Positions 1 to 9,998 of a DNA stretch of 64,000 nt are shown here, in pieces; position 1 is the stretch's first letter; each line of letters starts with the position of its first letter. The position numbers and the translations under genes are program-made. The notes below the pieces were generated by a model. That model was not told the origin of the DNA and searched no databases. It was given only the letters and a program-made list of their open reading frames with translations. The DNA comes from an uncultured Methylomirabilota bacterium (lineage in GTDB: Bacteria; Methylomirabilota; Methylomirabilia; Methylomirabilales; 2-02-FULL-66-22): positions 3,424,001-3,488,000 of the forward strand of contig OY970067.1 in NCBI GenBank assembly GCA_963705305.1. Reading direction: 5' to 3'.

Positions 1-994
1 GGACGCGGCCGCGCTGCGAGGCCTGGCCGGAAAGCGACGCCTGGCCCGCCTGATTCGACGCGGCCGGTACGACGTGGCCCTCTGCCTCACACCAAGCCTG
101 GGACTGGCCGTGGGTCTGCTCTGGGGGCTAGTGCCTCGGATCGTCTTGCTGGTGCCCGATCCGGCCGGAGTCACGTTCCGGATTCTGGCCCGTCTCGCCA
201 TAAGGGTGGGCCACCGGAGGGGAGAGCCCCTGGCGCAGGCCTATGCACGGCTGGTCGCGGCCGCGGGGGTGGGCGGCGACATGCGGGTGCGCACGCTCGT
301 CCCGCCGTCCGGGGCGGAGGCCCGGGCAATGGATGTCTTGCAGAGCCACGGTGTCGGCCGGGAGACGGTCCTGGTGGGCATCGCGCCCGCAACCGGCAAT
401 CCGGTCAAGCAGTGGCCGCCGGGCCGGTTCGCCGCCCTGGCCGATCGGATCGCAGGAGATGGGCGCGCGCGAGTGGTTTTCATCGGCTCCGCGGCAGACC
501 GGAGTTTGGTGGGGGCAATCTTGAAGCGCATGGCGGAATCCTCGCGGGCTGCCTCCGTCGATGCCGCCGGGGCCGTCACCCTGCAGGAGCTGCCCGCCCT
601 CCTTTCCCGTCTCACGCTTGTCGTCAGTGCCGACAGCGGGCCGCTGCATATCGCCGAGGCCGTGGGGGTCCCGGCCGTCATCGTCGGTGGACCGGCGGAT
701 CTCCGCGAGCGGGACCTCAGGACGCCGCACATCCTGGTGCAGCCGGATCTTCCCTGCGTTCCCTGCGTATCGGCATTTGCGGCCCCCTACGCCTGCCCGC
801 TCCGGCACCATCGGTGCGTCGGGGACACCACGGTTGGCGAGGTGTGGGCCGCAGTCGCAACCCTGCTGGAGAAGCGGGGGGAGCGCCGCCCAGACCGGAC
901 GGCTTGCCGCCGGGAATCCCCCCGGGATCCCGCGCCGGGCCGCCGGGAGCGAATCGGCGCCGGCTCGACGAGACGATCCGGGCTACGCGGCTGA
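1..994 (+). CDS. Glycosyltransferase family 9 (heptosyltransferase-like), 5'-truncated by the window edge
   Basis: Frame open from position 2; motifs KQWP..RF, LVVSADSGPLHIAEAVGVP and C-terminal PCVPC...CP...C typical of GT9. Confidence 0.88.
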   Translation, partial: DAAALRGLAGKRRLARLIRRGRYDVALCLTPSLGLAVGLLWGLVPRIVLLVPDPAGVTFRILARLAIRVGHRRGEPLAQAYARLVAAAGVGGDMRVRTLVPPSGAEARAMDVLQSHGVGRETVLVGIAPATGNPVKQWPPGRFAALADRIAGDGRARVVFIGSAADRSLVGAILKRMAESSRAASVDAAGAVTLQELPALLSRLTLVVSADSGPLHIAEAVGVPAVIVGGPADLRERDLRTPHILVQPDLPCVPCVSAFAAPYACPLRHHRCVGDTTVGEVWAAVATLLEKRGERRPDRTACRRESPRDPAPGRRERIGAGSTRRSGLRG

Positions 995-1122
995 GGGGGC
1001 AAGCCCCCTATCTGCGAGAGATCCGGGGACGGAAGCGCGGGCGCGGATTGCGGCTCGGGCTCTGCGGAGGGCTGACCGCTCACTCGCGGGAATGCCCGGG
1101 CCGTAGATGCAGGAGACATGAT

Positions 1123-2217
1123 ATGGCGAATCTCCGGAGGATCCTCATCTCCTACTACCCGCGGCCTCCGATCATCGCCTACCTGAAGGATGCGTTTGCC
1201 AGAACGGGCGTGGAGGTCCACGGCTTCAATCCGGAGGTCAACAACTTATTTGACAGGCTTGTCATCCACAGCGTGAACAAGACGGCCCATAATCTCCGGA
1301 TCATTCCGAAGAGCAAGATGATCTTTAAGGACCATCCCCTGGCACACCTCCACTACCGGGGGCGGATGCTCCTGGAGGCGGTTCGGGCGGTCAGGCCGGA
1401 TGCGGTGCTCATCATCCGGGGGCGGAAGTTCACGGAGGAGGTCTATCGGGAGATTCGAAAAGAGGCGGTGCTCATGGGGTGGTGGATCGAAGGGGAAGAG
1501 GGGATGGAGGAGCGCTTTCAGGAGATGCCGCTGTTCGACCGCTACTTCGCCATGCACTCGACCTGGGTCGACGAGGGGCGTCGGCGGGGGCTCCCGAACC
1601 TCAGCCTGCTGCAGCACGCGGTGAGCCCAAAGGCCTTTCACCCGGTCGAGTGCGAAAAGCGGTACGACTGGTGCTTTGTGGGAGGGTGGTCCCCGGGACG
1701 GATGAGCCACATCGAGCGGGCCTACCGGATCTCGCGGAACGGTGTGGTGTATGGGCCCAAGTGGCTGAAGAAGAATTTCTTCAACAGGATGCTGCGCCGG
1801 ATCGTGAAGGGGAGCTATATTGCCGGGGAGGAGCTGGTCCGGTTGTACAATGAAAGCCGGGTGGTGTTGAATATTACCCGCTGGGGGGCGGAGAGCGGGG
1901 GACAGAGGAGCGGGCTGACGATGCGTGTCCTGGAAGTGCCCGCCTGCAAGGCCCTCCTCTTGACGGACGGCTCCCGGGATCTGGAAAAGGTGGTCACCCC
2001 CGGGGAGCACGTGGTGGCCCACGACGGCCTCGACGACTTCGGAAGGAAACTCGAGCACTACATTCGCCGCGGGGAAGACCGCGAGCGAATCGCGGAGCGC
2101 GGCTACCGGCACATCGTCGCCCATCATACGTACGATGCGATGGCGGAAAAGATCCGGGCGGCCTATTATGACGCGCTGGCATCAAAGGCCGTCGGAGAAG
2201 CATCCAGCCGGTCATGA
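1123..2217 (+). CDS. CgeB-like glycosyltransferase (Glyco_trans_1_2 type C-terminus)
   Basis: AGGAG at 1111 before ATG 1123; LYNESRVVLNI...TMRVLEVPAC...LLTD and RERIAERGY..I..HHTY motifs. Confidence 0.8.
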   Translation: MANLRRILISYYPRPPIIAYLKDAFARTGVEVHGFNPEVNNLFDRLVIHSVNKTAHNLRIIPKSKMIFKDHPLAHLHYRGRMLLEAVRAVRPDAVLIIRGRKFTEEVYREIRKEAVLMGWWIEGEEGMEERFQEMPLFDRYFAMHSTWVDEGRRRGLPNLSLLQHAVSPKAFHPVECEKRYDWCFVGGWSPGRMSHIERAYRISRNGVVYGPKWLKKNFFNRMLRRIVKGSYIAGEELVRLYNESRVVLNITRWGAESGGQRSGLTMRVLEVPACKALLLTDGSRDLEKVVTPGEHVVAHDGLDDFGRKLEHYIRRGEDRERIAERGYRHIVAHHTYDAMAEKIRAAYYDALASKAVGEASSRS

Positions 2218-2304
2218 GGCGGGCGAGGGCGGCGAGCCGGCGCGGAGGCGGAGCGTGGCGCCGATTGCCAGCCGGCGCCGGGCCGCAGCGGGGGAGCGAA
2301 GGGC

Positions 2305-3270
2305 ATGCATGTCGTCTTCTATTATCCCAAGAAGCTTCCGGTCCTGGAGTACGGGGGGGTTGAGCGGGCAATCGTCTGGCTCATCGAGGGCCTTCACGAA
2401 CTTGGCCACGTCGTGACCTTCATCGGGCCTCAGGGCAGCACGGTGCCTCAGTGCAGGAACGTGCCTTTCGCATGCGAGGGTGTCAAGGTGCCGTCACCAG
2501 AACAAATTCGCGGGTTCCTTCCGCGGGATGCGGACCTCATCCATTTCAATACCGACAGCCGGTTTGAGCATGAATATGGGATCCCCTTTCTCGTCACCGT
2601 CTACGGCGCCCTAAAGGACTTCCGGGGATTGGATGGCAGGTATTGTTTCATTTCCTATGCCCAGCGAAGCTATTGGGGCTACACCCGGAACCCCGTGGTC
2701 CACATCGGCCTGAACCAGGATGAATACATCTACCGGGAGGCGAAGGACGACTACCTCCTCTTTCTCTCGCGGGTGGATTGGGATGTGAAAGGCGTCGATT
2801 GGGCGATTGAGGTGGCGGCGAGGACGGGGAGGCGCCTCATCATTGCCGGGAATGTCCACCGGAAGACATTCATAAACTCCTACTGGAGAGGCTATCTGAA
2901 GAAGAGGCTGAGCGACAGGATTCAATACGTTGGGCCCGTGGGTGGCGAGCTGAAGGCCATGCTTTTGGCAAAAGCGAGGGCGCTCATTTTTCCGACGCAG
3001 TGGTGCGAGCCGTTCGGCATCGTGACCATTGAGGCGCTTGCGAGTGGGACCCCGGTTATCACGACACGCAACGGCGCGATGCCGGAGATCGTGGAGCACG
3101 GGCAGAACGGGTTTCTGTGCAAGGATGTGGAGGAAATGGCGGAGGCGGTAACGCACATCGACAGCATCAGCGCGAGAGAGTGTGTGAAGAGGATCCGGGA
3201 AGAATTCAACCATAGGCAGATGGCGAGCGAGTACGTCAAGTTGTATGGGGCTGCTCTCGGCAAGCGCTGA
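2305..3270 (+). CDS. Glycosyltransferase family 4
   Basis: YGGVER N-terminal motif and EPFGIVTIEALASGTPVI signature. Confidence 0.92.
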   Translation: MHVVFYYPKKLPVLEYGGVERAIVWLIEGLHELGHVVTFIGPQGSTVPQCRNVPFACEGVKVPSPEQIRGFLPRDADLIHFNTDSRFEHEYGIPFLVTVYGALKDFRGLDGRYCFISYAQRSYWGYTRNPVVHIGLNQDEYIYREAKDDYLLFLSRVDWDVKGVDWAIEVAARTGRRLIIAGNVHRKTFINSYWRGYLKKRLSDRIQYVGPVGGELKAMLLAKARALIFPTQWCEPFGIVTIEALASGTPVITTRNGAMPEIVEHGQNGFLCKDVEEMAEAVTHIDSISARECVKRIREEFNHRQMASEYVKLYGAALGKR

Positions 3271-3426
3271 CGGGAGGGTAATGGGGGCGGGCGATAGGGG
3301 CGGGCCCGGCGCAACCGCGCCGGCGCCGCCCCGGCGGGTGGGGAAATAGGTGCCCATGACCGAACGGGCGAGGGGTGGACAGGAGAATGCGTGCGAGGGG
3401 ATGGCGCAAGAGTAGAGAGCGATGGC

Positions 3427-4179
3427 ATGAATGACCTGGAGAAGTTCTTCGCCGGCAATTCGGGAAACCTCATCCATAAATGGGAGCATTATTTCGAGAT
3501 CTACGACCGGCATTTTTGCCGGTTCAAAGGCACTGAAGTGCATGTGGTGGAAATCGGCGTCAGGCACGGCGGTTCCCTACAGATGTGGAAGCGCTACTTC
3601 GGCAGCGGTGCGAAGATCTATGGTGTGGACATTAATCCCTATTGTCAGCAGCTGGAGGAAGAGCAGATAAGCATCTTCGTGGGGGATCAGGCCGATCGGA
3701 GATTCCTGCAGTCGCTGGCGGAGCGAATCCCCAGAATTGATATTCTGATCGACGACGGTGGCCACACCATGGAGCAGCAGCGAGCCACCTTTGAGGTACT
3801 GTTCCCTCATATCGAACCGTCCGGGGTCTATGTCTGCGAGGACCTGCATACGTCCTACTGGCGGCGGTTCGGGGGAGGTTACCGACGGCGGGGGAGCTTC
3901 ATCGAGTACACGAAGAATTTCATCGATCTGATGCACGCCTGGCACTCGGAGCAGCCGAAAAGACTGGCGGTGACCGACTTCACACGATCGGCCTATGCGC
4001 TGCATTACTATGACAGTCTCCTGGTGATCGAGAAACGACCGCGGGAGAAGCCGGTCGATTTGCAGACTGGATACCCTTGGGTGCCACCATTCTCTGACGC
4101 CCGCCCTTCGTCCTGGAGCGCCTTGCGAGACGGATGCGGATGGAGCGGGCGGTCGAATTCCTTTTGGAACGCGGCATAA
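3427..4179 (+). CDS. Class I SAM-dependent methyltransferase (sugar O-methyltransferase-like)
   Basis: IHKWEHYFEIYDRHF, VVEIGVRHGGSL, IDILIDDGGH, YVCEDLHTSYW motifs. Confidence 0.88.
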   Translation: MNDLEKFFAGNSGNLIHKWEHYFEIYDRHFCRFKGTEVHVVEIGVRHGGSLQMWKRYFGSGAKIYGVDINPYCQQLEEEQISIFVGDQADRRFLQSLAERIPRIDILIDDGGHTMEQQRATFEVLFPHIEPSGVYVCEDLHTSYWRRFGGGYRRRGSFIEYTKNFIDLMHAWHSEQPKRLAVTDFTRSAYALHYYDSLLVIEKRPREKPVDLQTGYPWVPPFSDARPSSWSALRDGCGWSGRSNSFWNAA

Positions 4180-4183
4180 ACGG

Positions 4184-4534
4184 GTGTCCATCCGGAGCCG
4201 ACCCAGTCTGCTCCGCACCTCAACACTGGAGGAATTGATCACAACGGTGAATCTGAGCCACTTTTTCCTGTCCACCGACGAAGAGGTGATGCATATCGCC
4301 GCCGCGCTGGATATTCCTCAAGTGATCCTGTTCGGAGGGAAGGATCCGGTGCAGTGGGCCCCGGTGAGCCGAAAAAGCGTTGTGCTTTTTGGGCGGGGCC
4401 GGGTGGATCGCATATCGGTGCAGGAGGTCGAGGAGGCGGCCGAATCCGTGCTGGCCGTATGGGGCGGGAAGCCGGTGCCTGTGGCCCCCGGATTCCCCGA
4501 GACCACTCCGGCGATTCCCGAGAGCGAAAAGTGA
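4184..4534 (+). pseudogene. C-terminal remnant of a GT9 glycosyltransferase
   Basis: 116-aa ORF aligns by eye with only the last third of 6201..7394 (LSTDEEVMHIAAALDIPQVILFG vs LSTDGGVMHIAAALGVPQVVLFG); N-terminal domain absent. Confidence 0.75.
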
Positions 4535-4593
4535 GGCGGAGCGCGGCAGGCTTGCCGTGTGTGACTCGTGGAGGATTGGCGGATGACGTCGCG

Positions 4594-6102
4594 ATGAGAG
4601 ATCCTTGGGAGGTTCTCGACCGCCACGCAGTGCTGCTGGTGGCGCTGATGACCGGCATTGTCGTGGCGGTCCACCTCGTGTATTGGGTGTACGCTCCGTA
4701 CAACGGAGACGAGGGCATCTACCTCTATGCCAGCCGGCTGGTGATGGAAGGGAAGATCCTTTACCAGGATACGTTCTTCCATCAGTTTCCCCTTTTCCCA
4801 TACTTTTACGGGAGCATCCTGGAGCCGCTTGGCGGCGGCCTGTATCTGGGCCGCCTGCTTTCCGTCGTCCTCGGCGTCTCGGCCTTCCTGCTCGTTCTGC
4901 CTGTGGCCCGGGCCGTGGCGGGAAACGGGGGGGCGGCCGCGTATGCCATCCTCTACGGCCTCAATTTCTGGGCCATCTCCAATATGGTGCGGGTCAAGCA
5001 CTACGCCTTGACCACCTTTCTCCTCTCCCTCGGCGCGTACTTCCTGCTGGCCTATGCGGGTCGCAAGACCGCGAGGGTTGTCGGGGCCCTCTTGGCCTTC
5101 GCCCTGGCGGCCGCCACGCGGATCAGCACGGCCCCCGTTCTCTTGTTCGCTTGGTGGTATCTCGTCAGGAGGGAGCGGGAAAACAGGCGCCTCACCTGGA
5201 CGGCCCATCTGACCTTTGTGAGCTCTGTCTTCCTGGTCTTTTCGTACGCCCTGTGGGTTCCGGTCCTCCACTTCCTCTACATGACCTTCGGCTATGCCCT
5301 TTCCAACTACGAGCGTCGCGGGGTGTATCGATACTTCACCTGGCAGCTTCGCGTCTTTCGGGGACTGGTCATCTTTCGCATTCCCACCATGGCGCTCCTG
5401 ATCTTGCTGCCTCTCGGCCGCCTTTCCCGCGAGTGGCGATCCCGCCTTCGGTCGGCGTGGCTCTCTCCCACACCGACGATCTTTCTAGGGGCGGTCTGCC
5501 TGACGCTCTTTGTCGTGCATTTTTTCGTGGGCCATGTGCACGAGGACTACCATGTCATTTACTTCCCGCTGCTGGCGGTCCTGGCGGCCCAGGCATTCCG
5601 CGGGCTCGCCGCGGAGGCGCGGCAGCGGGGCCGCCTCCGGGCCTTTTCCGCGTTCAGCGTGTTCCTCGCGATCCTGACCGTGTTCACAGGCGTCCGCTAT
5701 GGCTTTTTCAAGCGGGATGCCTTCCAGGTCCCCTCGACACTCCCCCATTTCTATGCCCAGGCGGAGGTTGTGGCCCGGCGCACCTCTCCGCAGGGTGCAG
5801 ACATCCTGACGTTCTATACGATCGTTCCATACCTGGCCCATCGCCAGGTTGCGCACGGCTTCGAGTACGGCGTGGATACCTACCGCCCGACGGCGACGCC
5901 CGAGGTGGCGAAGGCGTGGAATTTCCTCACGGCCGAGCAAGCCGGGGCCCTGATCCGCAGCGGGCGCGCCCAGGCCATCGGAAAGAAGTTCCTGCTCCAA
6001 TACCTCTGGCAGTCTGATCGGGACGGGACGGTGGCTGCGGCCGTCCGGGACCACTATGAGGAGGAAATGGGGTATTATTACCTGCGGTCGCCCGCCAGGT
6101 AG
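4594..6102 (+). CDS. ArnT/PMT-like (GT-C fold) integral membrane glycosyltransferase
   Basis: Many hydrophobic helices; DEGIYLY..G..LYQD.F.HQFP motif after TM1; start position approximate. Confidence 0.72.
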   Translation: MRDPWEVLDRHAVLLVALMTGIVVAVHLVYWVYAPYNGDEGIYLYASRLVMEGKILYQDTFFHQFPLFPYFYGSILEPLGGGLYLGRLLSVVLGVSAFLLVLPVARAVAGNGGAAAYAILYGLNFWAISNMVRVKHYALTTFLLSLGAYFLLAYAGRKTARVVGALLAFALAAATRISTAPVLLFAWWYLVRRERENRRLTWTAHLTFVSSVFLVFSYALWVPVLHFLYMTFGYALSNYERRGVYRYFTWQLRVFRGLVIFRIPTMALLILLPLGRLSREWRSRLRSAWLSPTPTIFLGAVCLTLFVVHFFVGHVHEDYHVIYFPLLAVLAAQAFRGLAAEARQRGRLRAFSAFSVFLAILTVFTGVRYGFFKRDAFQVPSTLPHFYAQAEVVARRTSPQGADILTFYTIVPYLAHRQVAHGFEYGVDTYRPTATPEVAKAWNFLTAEQAGALIRSGRAQAIGKKFLLQYLWQSDRDGTVAAAVRDHYEEEMGYYYLRSPAR

Positions 6103-6200
6103 GAGCGGGCGGCGGTGCGCAGCCGGAGTCGCGAGTCCGGGGGCGGGAGCGTGATGGGGAAATCGGGGCTGCCGGGCAGGGTGCGAGCAAGGACGCGAGC

Positions 6201-7394
6201 GTGAATCGTATCCGTCGATGGTTCGAGTGGGTTGTGGAACTGGGCGTCCACCGGCGCATCCCCCGGGAGGCCCCACCCTTCGCGGCGGAGCGGGTCAGGC
6301 GCATCCTGGTCGTCCGCAATGATAATATCGGAGATCTGCTGTGCGCCACGCCGGCCCTCCGGGCCCTGCGGCGGGCCTTCCCTGGCAGCGAGATCACGAT
6401 CCTGGTGCCCGAGCACTGCCGGCCCGCGGTGGAACGAAACCCGGATGTGGACTCCGTACTGGGCTACGCCAAGGCCAAGCATCGGGCCGGCTGGCTGGGG
6501 GTCGGGGCTCTCTGGGAGCTGACCCGTGTCCTGCGGGAGCTGCGGAGGCGCCGGTTCGACTTGGCGATCACCGTCCGCCGCCCCTTCAGCCGCACGAGCG
6601 CCTGGTTGGGGTATGCCAGCGGGGCGCCCTGGCGCCTCGGCTTTCGCGCGCCGGCTGGCCACCCGTTCCGATTCTTCCTGAATCTGGGAACGCCGGCCGA
6701 ACGGGCGGGCGACGAGCCGCACGAGGTTGACAGCTGCCTGGCGCTTCTGAGGTGCCTGGGCATCCCCCCGGCAGGCCGGGAGCTGACCCTCTTCCCAGAT
6801 CCGGAGGCGCAGGAAGCGGTGCGCCGTCGGCTGGCGGAGACTGGCATCGATCCTGCCGCCGGACTGGCGCTGGTGCACATCAGCAACCGGCGAGAGAGCG
6901 GCCGCTGGTCGCTGGATGCGTTCGCGCACGCTGCGGACGCCCTGCATGACCGGTTCGGCATGGTGGTGGCGCTCTCCTGGGCTCCAGGGGACGCGGCGAA
7001 TCCCCTGTTTCCGGGAGACGACGGGAAGGCCGACGAGGTCGCGCGCCAGATGCGGACGCTGCCCGTCCTGCTCTCCACCCCCCGGCTTGCGGAGCTGATC
7101 GCCGCCGTGAGCCTCAGCGACTTCGTGCTGTCCACGGATGGGGGGGTTATGCACATCGCCGCGGCCCTGGGCGTCCCCCAGGTCGTGCTCTTCGGCAAGA
7201 CCTCGACGGCTGTCTGGTCGCCGGTGAGCGAGAAAAGTCTGGTGCTCCAGCGCGGGAGCCACGTACGAAATCTTTCCGTGGAGGAGGTCGTGGCGGCGGC
7301 GGCCTCGGTGATTTCCCGGTGGGGACGCGGCGTCGGGTCGGCGGATGCGGGTGTCACGCAGCCTGCCGTCGATGGCGGGAGGCGCCCCCGGTGA
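6201..7394 (+). CDS. Glycosyltransferase family 9 (LPS heptosyltransferase-like)
   Basis: RILVVRNDNIGDLLCATPALRALRRAFP and STDGGVMHIAAALGVP motifs. Confidence 0.92.
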   Translation: MNRIRRWFEWVVELGVHRRIPREAPPFAAERVRRILVVRNDNIGDLLCATPALRALRRAFPGSEITILVPEHCRPAVERNPDVDSVLGYAKAKHRAGWLGVGALWELTRVLRELRRRRFDLAITVRRPFSRTSAWLGYASGAPWRLGFRAPAGHPFRFFLNLGTPAERAGDEPHEVDSCLALLRCLGIPPAGRELTLFPDPEAQEAVRRRLAETGIDPAAGLALVHISNRRESGRWSLDAFAHAADALHDRFGMVVALSWAPGDAANPLFPGDDGKADEVARQMRTLPVLLSTPRLAELIAAVSLSDFVLSTDGGVMHIAAALGVPQVVLFGKTSTAVWSPVSEKSLVLQRGSHVRNLSVEEVVAAAASVISRWGRGVGSADAGVTQPAVDGGRRPR

Positions 7395-7427
7395 TTGGCG
7401 CTTCAAGCGATTTCTCGGTTCGGAGCT

Positions 7428-7603
7428 AGTGTAGTGCGTCAGAAATCTCTCGACGTTTCGTCACCCCGGCGAACGCCGGGGTCCAGGCCGTGAGATCGAT
7501 CCTGGAGGGGCATGCTGGATGCCGGCTGGAGTTTACCCCGGTGAATACCGGGGCCGCTATGACGGCCGCCCAAAAGATAAAGAAGCGTTGGACGCATTAC
7601 ACT
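7428..7603. mobile_element. MITE family B copy carrying a REP-type palindrome pair
   Basis: Inverted ends AGTGTAGTGCGTC (7428-7440) / GACGCATTACACT (7591-7603); CTCGGTTCGG repeated at 7414 and 7602; internal GTCACCCCGGCGAACGCCGGGGTCCAG...CTGGATGCCGGC...TATGAC (7460-7563). Confidence 0.72.
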
Positions 7604-7655
7604 CGGTTCGGCGCAGGCCCAGGGGTCCCTTGAGCAGGAAACGGGAGCGGCACGG

Positions 7656-8915
7656 ATGGCCGATGACCTGAAAGCGCTGGCGCTGTTCGGCGGGCCGCCG
7701 GTCCGCCGCGAGTTCCTTCCCTTCCACCGTCCCAGCTTCGGCCCGGAAGAGGAGGCCGAGGTGGTGGACGCCCTCCGCTCGGGCTGGGTTACCATGGGAC
7801 CCAAGACCAAGCGGCTGGAGGCCGCATTCCGCGAGCGGCTGGCGACCCCCCACGCGGTGGCGGTGAGCTCCTGCACAGCGGCCATCCACCTGGCCTTGAT
7901 CGGGCTGGGGATCGGCTCTGGCGACGAGGTGGTGACGACGCCGCTCGGCTTCGCCACGACGGCCAACGTCCTGGTGCACGTGGGCGCCCGCCCCGTCTTC
8001 GCCGACGTGGAGCCCGACACCCTCAACCTAGACCCGGCCGCCGCCGCGACCTGCATCACGGCGCGCACCCGGGCCATCATGCCGGTCCACCTGCACGGCC
8101 ACCCCTGCGATATGGACCGGCTCCGGGCGCTGGCCGACCGGCACGGACTCCTCCTGATCGAGGACGCCGCCCATGCCATCGAGGCTACCTATAAAGGGCG
8201 GCCCATGGGCCGCGACGCCAGCGCGGCGGCATTCAGCTTCTACGCCACCAAGAACATCACCACGGGCGAGGGCGGGATGCTGATCACCTCCCGGCGCGAC
8301 CTGGCGGAAAAGGCGGAGATCCTTCGGCTGCACGGCATGAGCCGGGACGCCTGGAACCGGTACGGCTCGGAGGGCTACCGGCACTGGGACATCCTGCTGC
8401 CCGGGTACAAGTACAATCTGTCGGACGTCCTGGCGGCCATCGGGCTGGCGCAGCTCCCCAAGCTGGAGAAGTTCTGGACCGATCGGCAGCGGCTCTTCGC
8501 CGCCTATGATGCCGCGCTGGCGGACCTGCCCGAGGTGATCCGACCGGTCGTGCGTCCCGGGGTCCGGTCGGCCTACCACCTGTATAACATCCGGGTGAGG
8601 GTGGAAGAGCTCTGCTGGACCCGGGACCAGATCATGGCGGCGATCCAGGCGGAGAATATCGGCCTGGGGGTTCACTTCCGGGCCCTGCATCTCCATCCCT
8701 ACTACCGGGAAGTGATGGGCTTTCGCCGCGGGCTGTGCCCGGCGGCCGAGGCGGCGTCCGACCGGCTCTTCTCGCTGCCCCTGTACCCGGCTCTCGCGGA
8801 GGCGGATCTGGCCGATGTGGTGGCGGCGGTGCGCAAGGTCCTGCGCGCCGCCCGGGAGCATCCGTTCCCCGCGGCCACGGGCGCTACGGCGCCCCCGGAT
8901 GCGGCGGCGAGGTGA
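7656..8915 (+). CDS. DegT/DnrJ/EryC1/StrS family PLP-dependent sugar aminotransferase
   Basis: IEDAAHA and FSFYATKNITTGEGG (PLP lysine) motifs. Confidence 0.95.
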   Translation: MADDLKALALFGGPPVRREFLPFHRPSFGPEEEAEVVDALRSGWVTMGPKTKRLEAAFRERLATPHAVAVSSCTAAIHLALIGLGIGSGDEVVTTPLGFATTANVLVHVGARPVFADVEPDTLNLDPAAAATCITARTRAIMPVHLHGHPCDMDRLRALADRHGLLLIEDAAHAIEATYKGRPMGRDASAAAFSFYATKNITTGEGGMLITSRRDLAEKAEILRLHGMSRDAWNRYGSEGYRHWDILLPGYKYNLSDVLAAIGLAQLPKLEKFWTDRQRLFAAYDAALADLPEVIRPVVRPGVRSAYHLYNIRVRVEELCWTRDQIMAAIQAENIGLGVHFRALHLHPYYREVMGFRRGLCPAAEAASDRLFSLPLYPALAEADLADVVAAVRKVLRAAREHPFPAATGATAPPDAAAR

Positions 8916-8917
8916 GG

Positions 8918-9889
8918 ATGGAGCAGAAGGAGATCCTGGCGATTGCCAAACGGGTCCTCGTCATCGAGGCGGAGGCCATTCGGGCGCTGGTCCCCCGGCT
9001 GGGGGAAGGCTTCGAGCGGGCCATCGGCCTTCTCCTGGCCTGCCAGGGGCGCGTCGTGCTCACGGGCATGGGGAAGTCGGGATTGGTGGCCAAGAAGATC
9101 GCGGCCACGCTGGCCAGCACCGGCACGCCGGCGCTCTTCCTGCATCCCGCCGAGGGGGTCCACGGAGACCTGGGGATGGTGGTGCGGGGCGACGTGGTCC
9201 TGGCCGTCTCCAACAGTGGCGAGACCGGGGAGCTCACCCAACTCCTGCCGGCCTTCAAGCGTCTGGGCGTGCCGCTGATCTGCTTGGTGGGCAACCGGGA
9301 ATCGACGCTGGCGCGTGAGAGCGAGGTGGCGCTGGATGTGGGGGTGGCGGAGGAGGCCTGCCCGCTGAATCTGGCCCCCACGGCCAGCACCACGGCAGCC
9401 CTGGCGATGGGAGATGCGCTGGCCGTGGCCCTGCTGGAGCGTCGGGGGATCCGGACCGAGGATTTCGCGCTGGTCCACCCGGGCGGCACCCTGGGCAGAA
9501 AACTGCTGCTGAAGGTCGAGGAGCTCATGCACCGGGGCGCGGAGCTGCCCCTGGTGCATGAAGATGTCCCCATGCGGGAGGCCATCCCGGTGATCAGCGG
9601 GAAGCGGCTGGGCATGACGGCGGTGGCCGACGGCGCCGGGCGCCTGGCGGGCATCATCACCGACGGGGATCTGCGGCGCGCCCTGCAGCGCTGGCCCGAC
9701 CTGCTGGAGCGGCCGGTGCATTCCGTGATGACCCGCGGGCCGAAGTGCATCGCCAAGGAGGAGCTGGCGGCGAAGGCGGTGCAGCTCATGGAGCAGCACG
9801 CCATCACCTCTCTCCTGATCGTGGACGGGGCCGGGCGACCTGAAGGGGTCATCCACCTGCACGATCTGCTGCGGGCGGGCGTCGTCTGA
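8918..9889 (+). CDS. kdsD: Arabinose-5-phosphate isomerase (KpsF/GutQ; SIS domain plus 2 CBS domains)
   Basis: GMGKSG, HPAEGVHGDLG, EACPLNLAPTASTT, HPGGTLG; next to kdsC. Confidence 0.95.
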   Translation: MEQKEILAIAKRVLVIEAEAIRALVPRLGEGFERAIGLLLACQGRVVLTGMGKSGLVAKKIAATLASTGTPALFLHPAEGVHGDLGMVVRGDVVLAVSNSGETGELTQLLPAFKRLGVPLICLVGNRESTLARESEVALDVGVAEEACPLNLAPTASTTAALAMGDALAVALLERRGIRTEDFALVHPGGTLGRKLLLKVEELMHRGAELPLVHEDVPMREAIPVISGKRLGMTAVADGAGRLAGIITDGDLRRALQRWPDLLERPVHSVMTRGPKCIAKEELAAKAVQLMEQHAITSLLIVDGAGRPEGVIHLHDLLRAGVV

Positions 9890-9897
9890 GCCGAGCC

Positions 9898-9998
9898 CAA
9901 TGCGGAATGGGGAATGCGGAATGCGGAACGGGAAGTCGGGCCGGGCGTCGCGCCCGGTCAAGCAATTCGAATTTCGAAGTTCGAATTTCGAAATTTCC
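9898..9998. repeat. Two degenerate heptamer arrays (GAATGCG-type, then TTCGAAW-type) within the kdsC 5' end
   Basis: aatgcgg aatgggg aatgcgg aatgcgg aacggg followed by aattcga atttcga agttcga atttcga aatttcc. Confidence 0.8.
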
